The notes: generated by a model from the sequence alone, not told the origin. A stretch of 32,000 nt of DNA from Candidatus Omnitrophota bacterium (GCA_963662715.1 OY759724.1:120001-152000); one strand, 5' to 3'; numbered from the stretch's first letter, positions 17,992-26,930 are shown. Program-made: numbers and translations.

Positions 17992-19263
17992 TTAAAAACT
18001 GTATTTGATTCTAAAATAAATATTTTTATTTCTTTTCATCTGACCAAATTCTGTTGAGTCATCTTCCCCCCAGGGGATATTCAGGCCGACAGTCCCCTTC
18101 CATTGATCCGTAATGTCATACGTGACGGAAGGCCGGACATAACCGTCTTTATCCGACGGAGAATAAAAATTGAACAGCGACACCTGCACCGTCTGGTGCT
18201 TGAATAGCTTGGTCACACGCTGCGTCAGGACATGACGGAATTCATCAAAAACAAAATCCGTCGGCAAAAGGCTCTCTTTATATTCCTTATAGTCCAATCT
18301 CTGCTCGTAATAATACTGGAACCCGACTTTCCAATCCTGCCCCAAATCCTGAGAGTACCCCAACAGTGTTTTCAGGAAAGAATTTTCTATCAAACGGTTG
18401 GTCCCGCTGGAATCTTCCCGGGCGTTTACATACCCCATTTCCGCATAACCTATCCCTTTGGCGAAAGGACCGCGCAGACTCCCCCCGTAAACATCCACGC
18501 GGGGGTAATACAGCTGACGGGCGGCCTCATCTTTAATGCCGACAGGATTTTTATCAAAGCCCCGGAAATAATACCAGGACCACTCATTGCTGCCGAAGGA
18601 ACGATACATCCGCAAAGCGTACTCGTTATTAGCCATCTGCCAGGCAGGCTCCAGCAACTCGCGGTCGGAAGCCCGGCCGGCCAGCCCCCCCTGAAACATG
18701 TCAAAAAAAGACAAACGGTCACCCTGCGCCGTCGTGTTGGGAGTGAACTTCGGGATAACAATGAAGTCGATATTCACGACTTCCGGATACAGGGAAACCT
18801 TCAGCGCATCAGAGGGTTTCTTAAGGTATTCATCCTCCCTCCCGCAGAAAAAAGAAACATAATCCTTTGGGAACATATCGTTAATAAAAATATAATCTCC
18901 TGTCCCCCAGGTCAGAATCTGACGGCCGATTTTCGCATCCATGAAATCAAAGGGGACGAAAGAAAAATTCAGCTCCCGCAGCTCAAAGCCGGTTTTCCCG
19001 GAATAGTATTCATCGACGGTAAAATCCCCTTTGAGATTCAAAATGCCCCCGTGCTCTCCCCAATACCCCTCTTCCAGGAAATAATTCGCCTTCAACTGCA
19101 GCCGCTGTTCCAGCAAATTATAATTGTCCCGTTTTGTCTGATCGTCGGACAGCTTAACGCCATAGTCCATGCCCACAAAACCATGGATAGCGGGGAATTC
19201 CCAAGCCCAACTGAACTGAGGGGACATCAGTAAGACAAGAATAACAAATATTTTTCTCTTCAT
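17992..19263 (-). CDS. Outer-membrane beta-barrel protein (family not identified)
   Basis: 423 aa. Signal peptide (MKRKIFVILVLLMSPQFSWA). Alternating-polarity Tyr/Gly-rich strands. C-terminal YFRIKYSF with a terminal Phe, typical of BAM substrates. The start overlaps the upstream stop by 1 nt. Confidence 0.7.
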   Translation of the reverse strand: MKRKIFVILVLLMSPQFSWAWEFPAIHGFVGMDYGVKLSDDQTKRDNYNLLEQRLQLKANYFLEEGYWGEHGGILNLKGDFTVDEYYSGKTGFELRELNFSFVPFDFMDAKIGRQILTWGTGDYIFINDMFPKDYVSFFCGREDEYLKKPSDALKVSLYPEVVNIDFIVIPKFTPNTTAQGDRLSFFDMFQGGLAGRASDRELLEPAWQMANNEYALRMYRSFGSNEWSWYYFRGFDKNPVGIKDEAARQLYYPRVDVYGGSLRGPFAKGIGYAEMGYVNAREDSSGTNRLIENSFLKTLLGYSQDLGQDWKVGFQYYYEQRLDYKEYKESLLPTDFVFDEFRHVLTQRVTKLFKHQTVQVSLFNFYSPSDKDGYVRPSVTYDITDQWKGTVGLNIPWGEDDSTEFGQMKRNKNIYFRIKYSF

Positions 19264-20060
19264 TACTTAACCCATTTTGTAGGCGGACGCCTTAGATAGC
19301 GTTCCGCAAAAATATCCTCCGTCAGCCCCGCATCATACTGCACATCTTTAAATTCCATAAGCGTTTCCCCTCCCCGTTCGACATCAACGGCCTTTGACCG
19401 CATGACCGTAGGATAGCCCTGAATGTCCTTGATGTCCAAAGCTTCTATCGTTCTGATGACTTTCCCGTCGCCATTGTAATACTCCGCTTTGGCGGGAAGG
19501 AAATTATCTTTCCGGACGTATAAATCATAATAGGCGAACTCGAGGCCCTGCGTTTCTTTGGGCGTATTCCGGAGTTTGTAGAACTCGTCTGTCGTTTCGA
19601 GCAGCTCATGCGTGTCGGCATTGATGCTCCGGCCGGAAACATCTTCATAGACAAAATGCGACCCCACAAAACTGGAGCGCTTATCACTGGCGGCAATGCG
19701 TCTGACCAAATCCAAGGCCGGCAAATACAGCCAACGGTCATCATCCCGGTCGACTTTCTTCCACACCATGTAAACCATGCGGGCCACATCCGTCGGTTTC
19801 CGGAAATACACATAAAATTTCTGTTCCCCTCCATCCCCCACGTCATAACGCATGATGCGAAATTCTCTGACCCGTTCACGGCCCTGGGCATCTTTAATTG
19901 TCATAACAACATCGGACAGCCCGTCTTTCCCGGCATAATAAGATGCCTGATTGGCTTTCTGCACAATGTCATCCACAGTCAAGGGCTGAGCATGCCCCCG
20001 GGCTCCCCCGGAAAAAAGGACAAGCAGCATCACGACAAAAGATAAAGACCTTCTCATCAT
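19263..20060 (-). CDS. LolA-like outer-membrane lipoprotein-sorting family periplasmic protein
   Basis: I chose the ATG at 20058-20060, which overlaps the RND TGA as ATGA. This gives signal peptide MMRRSLSFVVMLLVLFSGGARGHA. Family-typical segment RWLYLPALDLVRRIAASDKRSSFVGSHFVYEDV. The track N-terminal extension lies inside the RND gene. Confidence 0.8.
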   Translation of the reverse strand: MMRRSLSFVVMLLVLFSGGARGHAQPLTVDDIVQKANQASYYAGKDGLSDVVMTIKDAQGRERVREFRIMRYDVGDGGEQKFYVYFRKPTDVARMVYMVWKKVDRDDDRWLYLPALDLVRRIAASDKRSSFVGSHFVYEDVSGRSINADTHELLETTDEFYKLRNTPKETQGLEFAYYDLYVRKDNFLPAKAEYYNGDGKVIRTIEALDIKDIQGYPTVMRSKAVDVERGGETLMEFKDVQYDAGLTEDIFAERYLRRPPTKWVK

Positions 20061-22573
20061 CACTCCTCCTTTGGTGTACATATCGTTCTTTTGGAAGCCA
20101 GATGACAGAGGGCGGCAAACAGAACGATAACGGCCATTGTTATAAAAGTGTTTATTTTCCATCCCGCCGTCGTATAGCCGAAAAGGATATAGGCAACGGC
20201 CAGAGCGACAAAAGCGGCCACTAAAACACACGACCGGCAATCGCAGCCGATTTTCCCTTCGGACTGACTAAAAATCCATCTCGGTTTGACCGTTATGATC
20301 GCCGGGAGGATCAACAATGTCGCCGCGCTTGAGACGGCCATAATCATGAACATAAAAAACCCCACTGTTTTATAAGGCACCAGCGGTGCCGCCAGCAAGG
20401 GCAAAAACCCGACGGCAACAACAATCGCGTTGCGGACAATAGCCCGGCCCGGGCCCTGGAACAGCTCCAGGGACGTCTGCTCCCAGGAGCCTTTTGATTC
20501 ATGCACCATAACCGCCCGCTGAATAAAATGAATGGCGAAATCAACGGATAACCCGAGAGTTAGGGCCGACAGGACAGCCACCGGCATGTCATAATCTTTG
20601 CCGAAATATCCCAGGAGGCTGTAAATAAATAAAATCGTTACGGAAAGAGGCATCATCGAAACCAGGGCCTTGAAAGGAGAGCGGAACAAGAAAAGCATCA
20701 TAAACAGGACGATGACAAAACTGCCCATAAAATTCTTCATCATGCCTCCGACCATATTATTCTGCCACACGACGTTAATATAGGTCAACCCGGCCCAGTT
20801 AAAGTCAACCGGATACGGGGGGGGATTTTCCTGCTGATAGCGGGCGACAAACCGCCGCACTTTCTCCATATCCTTGTTATCACCGCTTCTAAGCTGCACC
20901 CAGATATTCACCTTTTCGTAATCAGGCGTCGTAAGATGCCACAGATCGTCAGGCTTGTGAGAGTTCTCAAAAGAAATCAGGCATTGCGCAACAGCCTCTT
21001 TTGTGGCCGGGATCACGTTGTTCGCCTGATCTCCTCCCAGGAGTTCATAATATATTTTTTTGACAATATCAGCCAAGGAGGTTGTCTTTCCGACCAATCC
21101 GCTGAAAAGCAGCTTTTGCTGAAGTTTCTCTATATATTTCAGCATATCGGGCTGCAGAAAAATCTCTTCCCCCTGTTTCTTCGCGTTTAAAACAAGGTAA
21201 GCTTCGTAGGTCCCGCCAAAATGCTTATTCAGGACACGGTCCGCCCGCCGGATCGGATGATTGGCGCTAAACCAGCGCACAGGATTATCATTGACCTGAA
21301 TACGGCTGATGCCGTACAGCGACAGCAGGATAAGAACACCTGTCCCCAACAAAACCGTTTTCGCGCGCTGAAAGGAAAAACCGCGAGCGGCCTGTAATAT
21401 ATTATTCATGAAGGGGGCAGATTCATCGACTTGCACCTTTTCCAATTTTTTCAGGGAACCCTCTTTCAGCAACATGATATAAGCGGGGATCAAGATCATC
21501 GTTAATATCCAAGCGATGAGGATTCCGATGGCGACAAAAACGCCAAAGACCTGCACCGGAGGGATCGGGGAAAAGGAAAGAGAAAAAAATCCGACAGCTG
21601 AAGTGAGCGAAGTATAGAGCATCGGGCTGAACAGTTCTTCAAAGACCGCAAGAATGGTTTTCCTGCGGTCTTTGATCCGCGGATAAAAATCAAAGAATTC
21701 ACTGAGGATGTGAACAGAATCCAAAACAGCGATCGGCATCAGAAAGATCGGGATCATAGAACTCATGATATGAACCGGATAGCCCAATCCGATCAGCAGC
21801 CCCATGGTCAGCAGGACCGTGACCAGAGCCAGAATCATCGGGGCAGCAATAAGCCCCAAAGATTTAAAAAACACCCACATCAGCAAAAAAATCACAATCC
21901 CGGCTAAAGGAGCGGAGATGGCCATCTGCTTAAACATTTCCACGCCAAACTGATCGTTGGCGATGGGCAGCCCCGTGATATAATACTGGGACGTGCCGTG
22001 ATAGTGCTCCAATATTTTTCTGATCTCGGAAGCGATCTCATAGCTCATATCTTTCTGTTTAATGGGGATATATAGACACAGGGCTTTCCCGTTCGAAGAA
22101 ATAACCGTATCGCGGAACATCGGATGATTCATCGCCTGGTCCCGGATCTTCAAAGCCTCTTCCCGTGTTTTAGGCGGAGAGGCCATGAGCCAGTTAAAGC
22201 GAACCGCGCCCAGGCTTTCCTGTTCGATATTATCCTTGGTGGAAGGAGATATAATTTCATGAGCAATGACCCCGTCCAGCTTCTTGATATCTTCTGTCAA
22301 ATAATAAATATTGGCCAATGTTCTGCTGTTGAAAACGCCGTCCTCATTCGTCTCATCAACAATCCCCAGGACAATCATGTCATACAGGGCGAATTCCTTC
22401 TTCACCTGGCGGTGAAAAATACGGACCGGAGCTTCGGCAGGAAGCATGTTTTCCGGGTCTGTGTCCACTTTTATTCGAGGAAACTGAATCAAGGCCAGCA
22501 GAACAAATGCCAGTGTCACCCAGATGATTCTAGCCGGATACTTTAGAGCCAGCTCAATAATCCTCTTCAACAT
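20060..22573 (-). CDS. MMPL/RND-superfamily exporter (COG1033-type, HpnN-like architecture)
   Basis: About 837 aa, with two 6-TM bundles separated by large periplasmic loops. I chose the ATG at 22571-22573, preceded by GGAGG 8 nt upstream. The track start at 22597 is a TTG. Confidence 0.9.
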   Translation of the reverse strand: MLKRIIELALKYPARIIWVTLAFVLLALIQFPRIKVDTDPENMLPAEAPVRIFHRQVKKEFALYDMIVLGIVDETNEDGVFNSRTLANIYYLTEDIKKLDGVIAHEIISPSTKDNIEQESLGAVRFNWLMASPPKTREEALKIRDQAMNHPMFRDTVISSNGKALCLYIPIKQKDMSYEIASEIRKILEHYHGTSQYYITGLPIANDQFGVEMFKQMAISAPLAGIVIFLLMWVFFKSLGLIAAPMILALVTVLLTMGLLIGLGYPVHIMSSMIPIFLMPIAVLDSVHILSEFFDFYPRIKDRRKTILAVFEELFSPMLYTSLTSAVGFFSLSFSPIPPVQVFGVFVAIGILIAWILTMILIPAYIMLLKEGSLKKLEKVQVDESAPFMNNILQAARGFSFQRAKTVLLGTGVLILLSLYGISRIQVNDNPVRWFSANHPIRRADRVLNKHFGGTYEAYLVLNAKKQGEEIFLQPDMLKYIEKLQQKLLFSGLVGKTTSLADIVKKIYYELLGGDQANNVIPATKEAVAQCLISFENSHKPDDLWHLTTPDYEKVNIWVQLRSGDNKDMEKVRRFVARYQQENPPPYPVDFNWAGLTYINVVWQNNMVGGMMKNFMGSFVIVLFMMLFLFRSPFKALVSMMPLSVTILFIYSLLGYFGKDYDMPVAVLSALTLGLSVDFAIHFIQRAVMVHESKGSWEQTSLELFQGPGRAIVRNAIVVAVGFLPLLAAPLVPYKTVGFFMFMIMAVSSAATLLILPAIITVKPRWIFSQSEGKIGCDCRSCVLVAAFVALAVAYILFGYTTAGWKINTFITMAVIVLFAALCHLASKRTICTPKEE

Positions 22574-22599
22574 CTCCACCCCCTCCTTTTTTAGCAAGG

Positions 22600-22893
22600 C
22601 TATTCACAGCAATTATTAAGGCATTTCAACAAGGACATCACCTTTTTATTTTTTATTCCGTAATACCGGATATTGGCCTCTTTGCGGTCAAAGACAATCC
22701 CAACATTCTTTAGCGCGGTCAAATGCTGGGATGTCATGGACTGGCTTATTCCCAAGGATGACTGGATTTCCCCTACGGAAAGCCCTTTTTTCTTATCTAA
22801 AAGACGTATAATTTCCAACCGCGTTGCGTGGGCCATCACACGCAAAATTCTTGCGGCCTCTTTCAGTTGTTCAGCTTTTGGTTTCATAGACAT
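22600..22893 (-). CDS. ArsR/SmtB-family transcriptional repressor
   Basis: HTH core LRVMAHATRLEIIRLLDKKKGLSVGEIQSSLGISQSMTSQHLTALKNVGIV. There is no alpha-3 CxC site. The C-terminus is CLNNCCE. The ATG at 22893 (or 22887) is preferred over the TTG at 22920. Confidence 0.88.
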   Translation of the reverse strand: MSMKPKAEQLKEAARILRVMAHATRLEIIRLLDKKKGLSVGEIQSSLGISQSMTSQHLTALKNVGIVFDRKEANIRYYGIKNKKVMSLLKCLNNCCE

Positions 22894-22947
22894 TAAGATA
22901 ACCCGCCGTTGACAACCCAACCCTTAGCTTTTCCCTCAGCATCCGTC

Positions 22948-22975
22948 ATATTAGAATATTAGCATTTTCTAATAT
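22948..22975. promoter_or_regulatory. Inverted repeat ATATTAGAA-N10-TTCTAATAT (candidate ArsR operator)
   Basis: Perfect 9 bp arms read directly from the sequence. One arm lies in the promoter spacer and the other overlaps the start-proximal end of the -10 hexamer and continues toward the start site. Confidence 0.5.
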
Positions 22976-22983
22976 TTTGTCAA
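22956..22983 (-). promoter_or_regulatory. Candidate sigma70-type promoter of the arsR-RND operon
   Basis: Minus strand: TTGACA (22983-22978), 16 nt spacer, TGc-TAATAT extended -10 (hexamer 22961-22956). Confidence 0.65.
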
Positions 22984-23032
22984 CCCCTTTTTAAATTCCG
23001 GGAGGTCACCCAGCGATAAATCACACAGACAC

Positions 23033-23494
23033 TCACAGATCCAGCATCAGCTCGATCTTTTCTGTGCCATCGGAAAGGAGGACCCTGTCACGGAGAACGT
23101 CTATGACAGTATAGCGATCCAGCTGGCTTCCCTTTTGAACAATTTTCCCGTTAATAATCGCTTTAGGATATTCCGGATCCCAGGAGATTCCGACGAGGAT
23201 CAGCTTTACAGACTTCCCCCCCTCCGGATCTTCCTCCTCCGCTTCTATTTTTTTCAAAGTAAAGGGGTCTCTCACCAGTTCGATGTCTTGGGCTTTATCC
23301 TGCAGGTCATGAAAGGCCGACGGCGGGGTCGGGGAAGAAGAAATGCTCGTTTGCGCTGAGGCCGCAGGGCGGGATGCTGAACGGGATTTCCTTTTTTTCT
23401 TTCTGTTTTTACCAAGCCCTGACGCCAGGATCACGATTAAAACAATAATGAGGATGCCCGTAATAACTAATTGTATTTTATCCTTCTTTTCCAT
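23033..23494 (-). CDS. PilP/GspC-like pilus assembly protein
   Basis: 153 aa. N-terminal TM, Lys/Arg then Ser/Pro-rich linker, DPF motif. The C-terminal beta domain (LILVGISW...AIINGKIVQKGSQLDRYTVIDVLRDRVLL) resembles the PilP/GspC HR domain. Confidence 0.6.
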   Translation of the reverse strand: MEKKDKIQLVITGILIIVLIVILASGLGKNRKKKRKSRSASRPAASAQTSISSSPTPPSAFHDLQDKAQDIELVRDPFTLKKIEAEEEDPEGGKSVKLILVGISWDPEYPKAIINGKIVQKGSQLDRYTVIDVLRDRVLLSDGTEKIELMLDL

Positions 23495-23499
23495 AACAA

Positions 23500-24078
23500 T
23501 TAACCAAGTAAATACAAATTTAAATCTATCGTGATGCTTAAAATTCCTGAAACAGCGTCCGCCCGGTCAAGATTCAGCCTTTCAACTGTCACAAAATAAG
23601 CCGGATCACGGGTCAAATCTTCCAGGTAAGTCACACAATCCTGGAACCTTCCTTTTAACTGGATGGCCACCGGGGTAAGACTGCATGTCCGGCCGCTAAA
23701 TGTTAAGGCTTTATTTTTCTTATCCGTGCTTTTTCTTTTTGACCCTATCCTCGTTGAAATGATATCCAGCTGGTTCTTCCGGGCCGTATCAGCCAAAGCC
23801 TTCAACCCCTGCTCTTCTTTTTCCGGGAATCTCAAATGAAATTGACGTATCTGTTCCTGAAAATCCCTTAATCCCTGCTTGATGTCCCTGTTTTTCCCGA
23901 CCAAAAGTTCAATACGGTCAATTTCTTCATTGATGGCCTTAGAATCCTCCTTAACGCTTTTCAATTCATTATACGAAGGGGAATACAGCCCAAATGTTAT
24001 CCCTAAGAAAACAACACTGAGGACAGCCATCTCAATATTCTTCTGTTCTGTTTTTGAAAAATCCTGCCATTTTTTCAT
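23500..24078 (-). CDS. pilO: PilO/GspM-like pilus assembly protein
   Basis: 192 aa. Short cytoplasmic N-terminus, single TM, coiled-coil, then a ferredoxin-like C-terminal region. Positioned directly after PilMN. Confidence 0.65.
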   Translation of the reverse strand: MKKWQDFSKTEQKNIEMAVLSVVFLGITFGLYSPSYNELKSVKEDSKAINEEIDRIELLVGKNRDIKQGLRDFQEQIRQFHLRFPEKEEQGLKALADTARKNQLDIISTRIGSKRKSTDKKNKALTFSGRTCSLTPVAIQLKGRFQDCVTYLEDLTRDPAYFVTVERLNLDRADAVSGILSITIDLNLYLLG

Positions 24079-24080
24079 AA

Positions 24081-25940
24081 TTAATTTACCACATCACATA
24101 CGATAGAAAAATTTTGAATTCTGCCGACCCCTTCAATGGACAGCAGGGTTGCTTCTGTAATAAAAGGCGTTTTTTCGAGCTCCTGCATAAAATCAGTTAA
24201 AATCTGTTCCGCCATGTCTTCCTTCTCCGCGATCACTCCGTCCAGACTGAGCTTGTGTGTCCCTTGAGCAAAACTCACCCGGCGCAAAATAATCTGGCGA
24301 GGAATGATAGAACTGAGTGTTCTCAAAACACCTTCCAAAGGCACGTATCCGTCAGAAAGCTTGTTCTGAAAAGAGGCGCTCTCCGTCAAGGTGTTCCTTG
24401 CCTCTTCGATCTCCTTGATAACAGACAAATGAATTTCTGCTGTATTAATTCTGGCATTAAAATCCTGAATTTGCAACCTCACGATGAAGAATAAAATCAT
24501 GATCATAAAGATCGCCGTGATGCTCCCGATCCGGATCAGCATCCTTTCAAACTGGACCATCTTTTGTCGTTTGATCTCTGTCGGCAAAAGGTTCACGTCC
24601 TGGGGAGAACTCAAAGCCGCTCCGAGAAGGGTGGTGATTTGATTACAATAAGGCTTCCTGGTAAAGCTCTGCGGTCGCGGGGTCTGGTCCAGCCCCAGAA
24701 TAGCGCCAAACCCCTGCAAGCCCTGAGGAGCGCCGTCATTCAGCAAGACCTGTTTGGCCCCGGAAGCATTGATAATTTTCTTTGTCTTGCTCTCTTCCTG
24801 GTCCGTCGGCCCCGCAGAAGACGGCTGAGCGGCGTCCTTTTCCGCAGGGGCTGATTCCGGCTCGGGATTAGAAGAACCTAAGCCCGGGATGGCCTCCAGG
24901 TTCATAATATCCGGGATAGGGAAAGGGTAAACTTCTATTTTCAGTTCACGGGTTAAGTATTCGTCAAGGCGTTTCAAATCCGCCCCACCCCCTGTTATAT
25001 AAAGCCTTCCCGGGGGCTCAACATTAAAATTAGCCGCATAATAGTCAAAAGAAAATTTCAGTTCTCTGACCAGCACTTCTAAAATAGGCCGGAGCATGGA
25101 CACCACATGCTTCAATTGCACATTATCCCTTACAAATTTGTTTTCATCATGCGGGCCCAGGGGGAAACCGATAGTGTTCTTGATTTCCTCAGCCTCCTCA
25201 TCGGACAGTTCAATCTTTCCTTTGTCGGAAACTAAAATTTCCGTAAGGGACTGAGTGATTTTCTCCCAGGAAATCGGCATATTCCGGGAAAAATGTATTT
25301 TATTATCAATAAAAAAAGTCAAAGTCGCCTGCTGATAGTCGAGATCCAATACCGCACAGGGCCCGGATGAAACCGAAAGGACATTCAAGAGGTTGCTGTA
25401 GGCAAGAGCGTTGGTGGTGACACAAATAGGATTCAGTTTCAGCCGGAGCAAGACATTCAAATACTCATCAACGGCATCTTTCTTCATAACGACAAAAGCA
25501 CAGTCTTTTTTCTTCTGCCCCTCCTCCTCATAAGGCCCCCGGATATTCTGCCAGTCAATATACGCCTGGGACATCTCGAAGAGGACCTCTTCCTTCAGGT
25601 CCTCTTTCACCGCTTCAATCAGGTCCTCTTTCTTATGAATATCCGGCACGGTCAGATAGGTAATACCCAAGACATCAGCATCGGAAAGGCTTAAAATGGT
25701 ATCGGATACTTCGATATTATGGCTCGTCAAAAACGTTTGGACAAAATTACTGAAAAGAGCAGGGCCGGCATCTTCCGAAGGGGTTAAACGCTGGACATAA
25801 TATTTATAAACTTTATAACAATGGGGGAGCTTTTCGAAATAGACAATCTTCGCTATGCCCTGCGCAACATCGATCGCCAGATATTTCGTAGGTTTCTTTG
25901 TGATTTTATTCCAAAGTTTTTGCAAATTATCCAAGGACAT
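24081..25940 (-). CDS. PilM-PilN fusion protein (GspL-like architecture)
   Basis: 619 aa. Residues 1 to about 446 form an actin-like ATPase-fold PilM (LAIDVAQGIAKIV, ITGGGADLKRL). The PilN signature VNLLP follows immediately (aa 449-453), then a TM (IGSITAIFMIMILFFIV) and a periplasmic PilN-like domain. A low-complexity insert spans aa 352-430. Confidence 0.85.
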   Translation of the reverse strand: MSLDNLQKLWNKITKKPTKYLAIDVAQGIAKIVYFEKLPHCYKVYKYYVQRLTPSEDAGPALFSNFVQTFLTSHNIEVSDTILSLSDADVLGITYLTVPDIHKKEDLIEAVKEDLKEEVLFEMSQAYIDWQNIRGPYEEEGQKKKDCAFVVMKKDAVDEYLNVLLRLKLNPICVTTNALAYSNLLNVLSVSSGPCAVLDLDYQQATLTFFIDNKIHFSRNMPISWEKITQSLTEILVSDKGKIELSDEEAEEIKNTIGFPLGPHDENKFVRDNVQLKHVVSMLRPILEVLVRELKFSFDYYAANFNVEPPGRLYITGGGADLKRLDEYLTRELKIEVYPFPIPDIMNLEAIPGLGSSNPEPESAPAEKDAAQPSSAGPTDQEESKTKKIINASGAKQVLLNDGAPQGLQGFGAILGLDQTPRPQSFTRKPYCNQITTLLGAALSSPQDVNLLPTEIKRQKMVQFERMLIRIGSITAIFMIMILFFIVRLQIQDFNARINTAEIHLSVIKEIEEARNTLTESASFQNKLSDGYVPLEGVLRTLSSIIPRQIILRRVSFAQGTHKLSLDGVIAEKEDMAEQILTDFMQELEKTPFITEATLLSIEGVGRIQNFSIVCDVVN

Positions 25941-25987
25941 GCCGAATCCCGACTATTCAATCATTAATCATACGAATATTCCTGCTA

Positions 25988-26551
25988 TTAAAACCGCGGC
26001 ACATGAATCGCGGAACGGCCTTCACTGCTGCCTTCCCATGCTTCAACACTGCCGGAGCCATCCTGCACGCTCAGGCCAATATGGATCCAGCGCACATCTT
26101 CTGCCGTGGCCGTGGCTGTTTCCGTACTGTCATAAAACACAAACAACGTGTTCCCAATCCCGCTCATGGTTATGGCGGCAGGGACATAATACGGAATAAG
26201 ATTTTCTGCCCCGCCGTCAATGGAACGGTATAATTTTCCTGTCCCGGTATCTAAACGATAGCGGACCGTGTGCCCGTCCTGATTCACAAAAGTCAAATCA
26301 TTGGCGGCAATGGATGTCATGGACTGGCTGCAGCGCAGGCCGGCCGCGGTTGCGTCTCCGTCAATAAGAAGGTTTAACGTATCGGCCAGCACCATGTCGG
26401 TGTTGAGCTGATTAGGCAAATAAACGGCATTCTGCACGAAATGCATAAGGATGTACGCCGCCGGGACCGACAAAATGCCCACGATCACGATCACCATGAT
26501 CATTTCAACTAGGGTGAAACCTTTGCCTCGATTATACTCCAAATTGGACAT
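25988..26551 (-). CDS. Minor (pseudo)pilin, PilW/GspJ-like
   Basis: 187 aa. Prepilin leader MSNLEYNRGKG / FTLVEMIMVIVIVGIL with Glu at +5. Confidence 0.8.
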   Translation of the reverse strand: MSNLEYNRGKGFTLVEMIMVIVIVGILSVPAAYILMHFVQNAVYLPNQLNTDMVLADTLNLLIDGDATAAGLRCSQSMTSIAANDLTFVNQDGHTVRYRLDTGTGKLYRSIDGGAENLIPYYVPAAITMSGIGNTLFVFYDSTETATATAEDVRWIHIGLSVQDGSGSVEAWEGSSEGRSAIHVPRF

Positions 26552-26930
26552 TTTTCACGCGATAAGTTATAAAACTTGCCAAGACTTCCGATGATCCGCT
26601 CTTGGTGACTTCAATCTGAACCTGTTTCAGGCTTTCTGCACTGGAGGGATTTCCCTGCACATAAGTCACTGTGGTTGAGACATCGAAGTCATAGCCCTCA
26701 TAATTCGCCTGGCTTTCCGTCAACAGACTGTCATAGGCCGCATTATTCAAACGCTCCATTTCCCTGCGGCCCAGTTGAGCGGCCATGACCTGATCCGAGG
26801 ACATAAACGTTCCTTCAACATGCTCATAAAGCAGCAGTGTTAAAGGAACCGCAACGATACCCAGAACAACCATCGTCATAACAAGCTCAACCAGCGTCAC
26901 TCCTCTTGTCTTCTTACGGGCTGACTTCAC
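26532..26930 (-). CDS. Minor (pseudo)pilin, PilV/GspI-like
   Basis: 132 aa with a GTG start. Leader ...KKTRG / VTLVELVMTMVVLGIV, with Val rather than Phe at +1 and Glu at +5. Confidence 0.75.
   Translation of the reverse strand: MKSARKKTRGVTLVELVMTMVVLGIVAVPLTLLLYEHVEGTFMSSDQVMAAQLGRREMERLNNAAYDSLLTESQANYEGYDFDVSTTVTYVQGNPSSAESLKQVQIEVTKSGSSEVLASFITYRVKNVQFGV

Noticed and set aside
18232-19233. 333 aa plus-strand ORF
   Set aside because: It lies entirely antisense to the well-supported beta-barrel gene (17992-19263). Its composition is Pro/Gln/Ile-rich with no recognisable motif, RBS or promoter. It is a typical shadow ORF.
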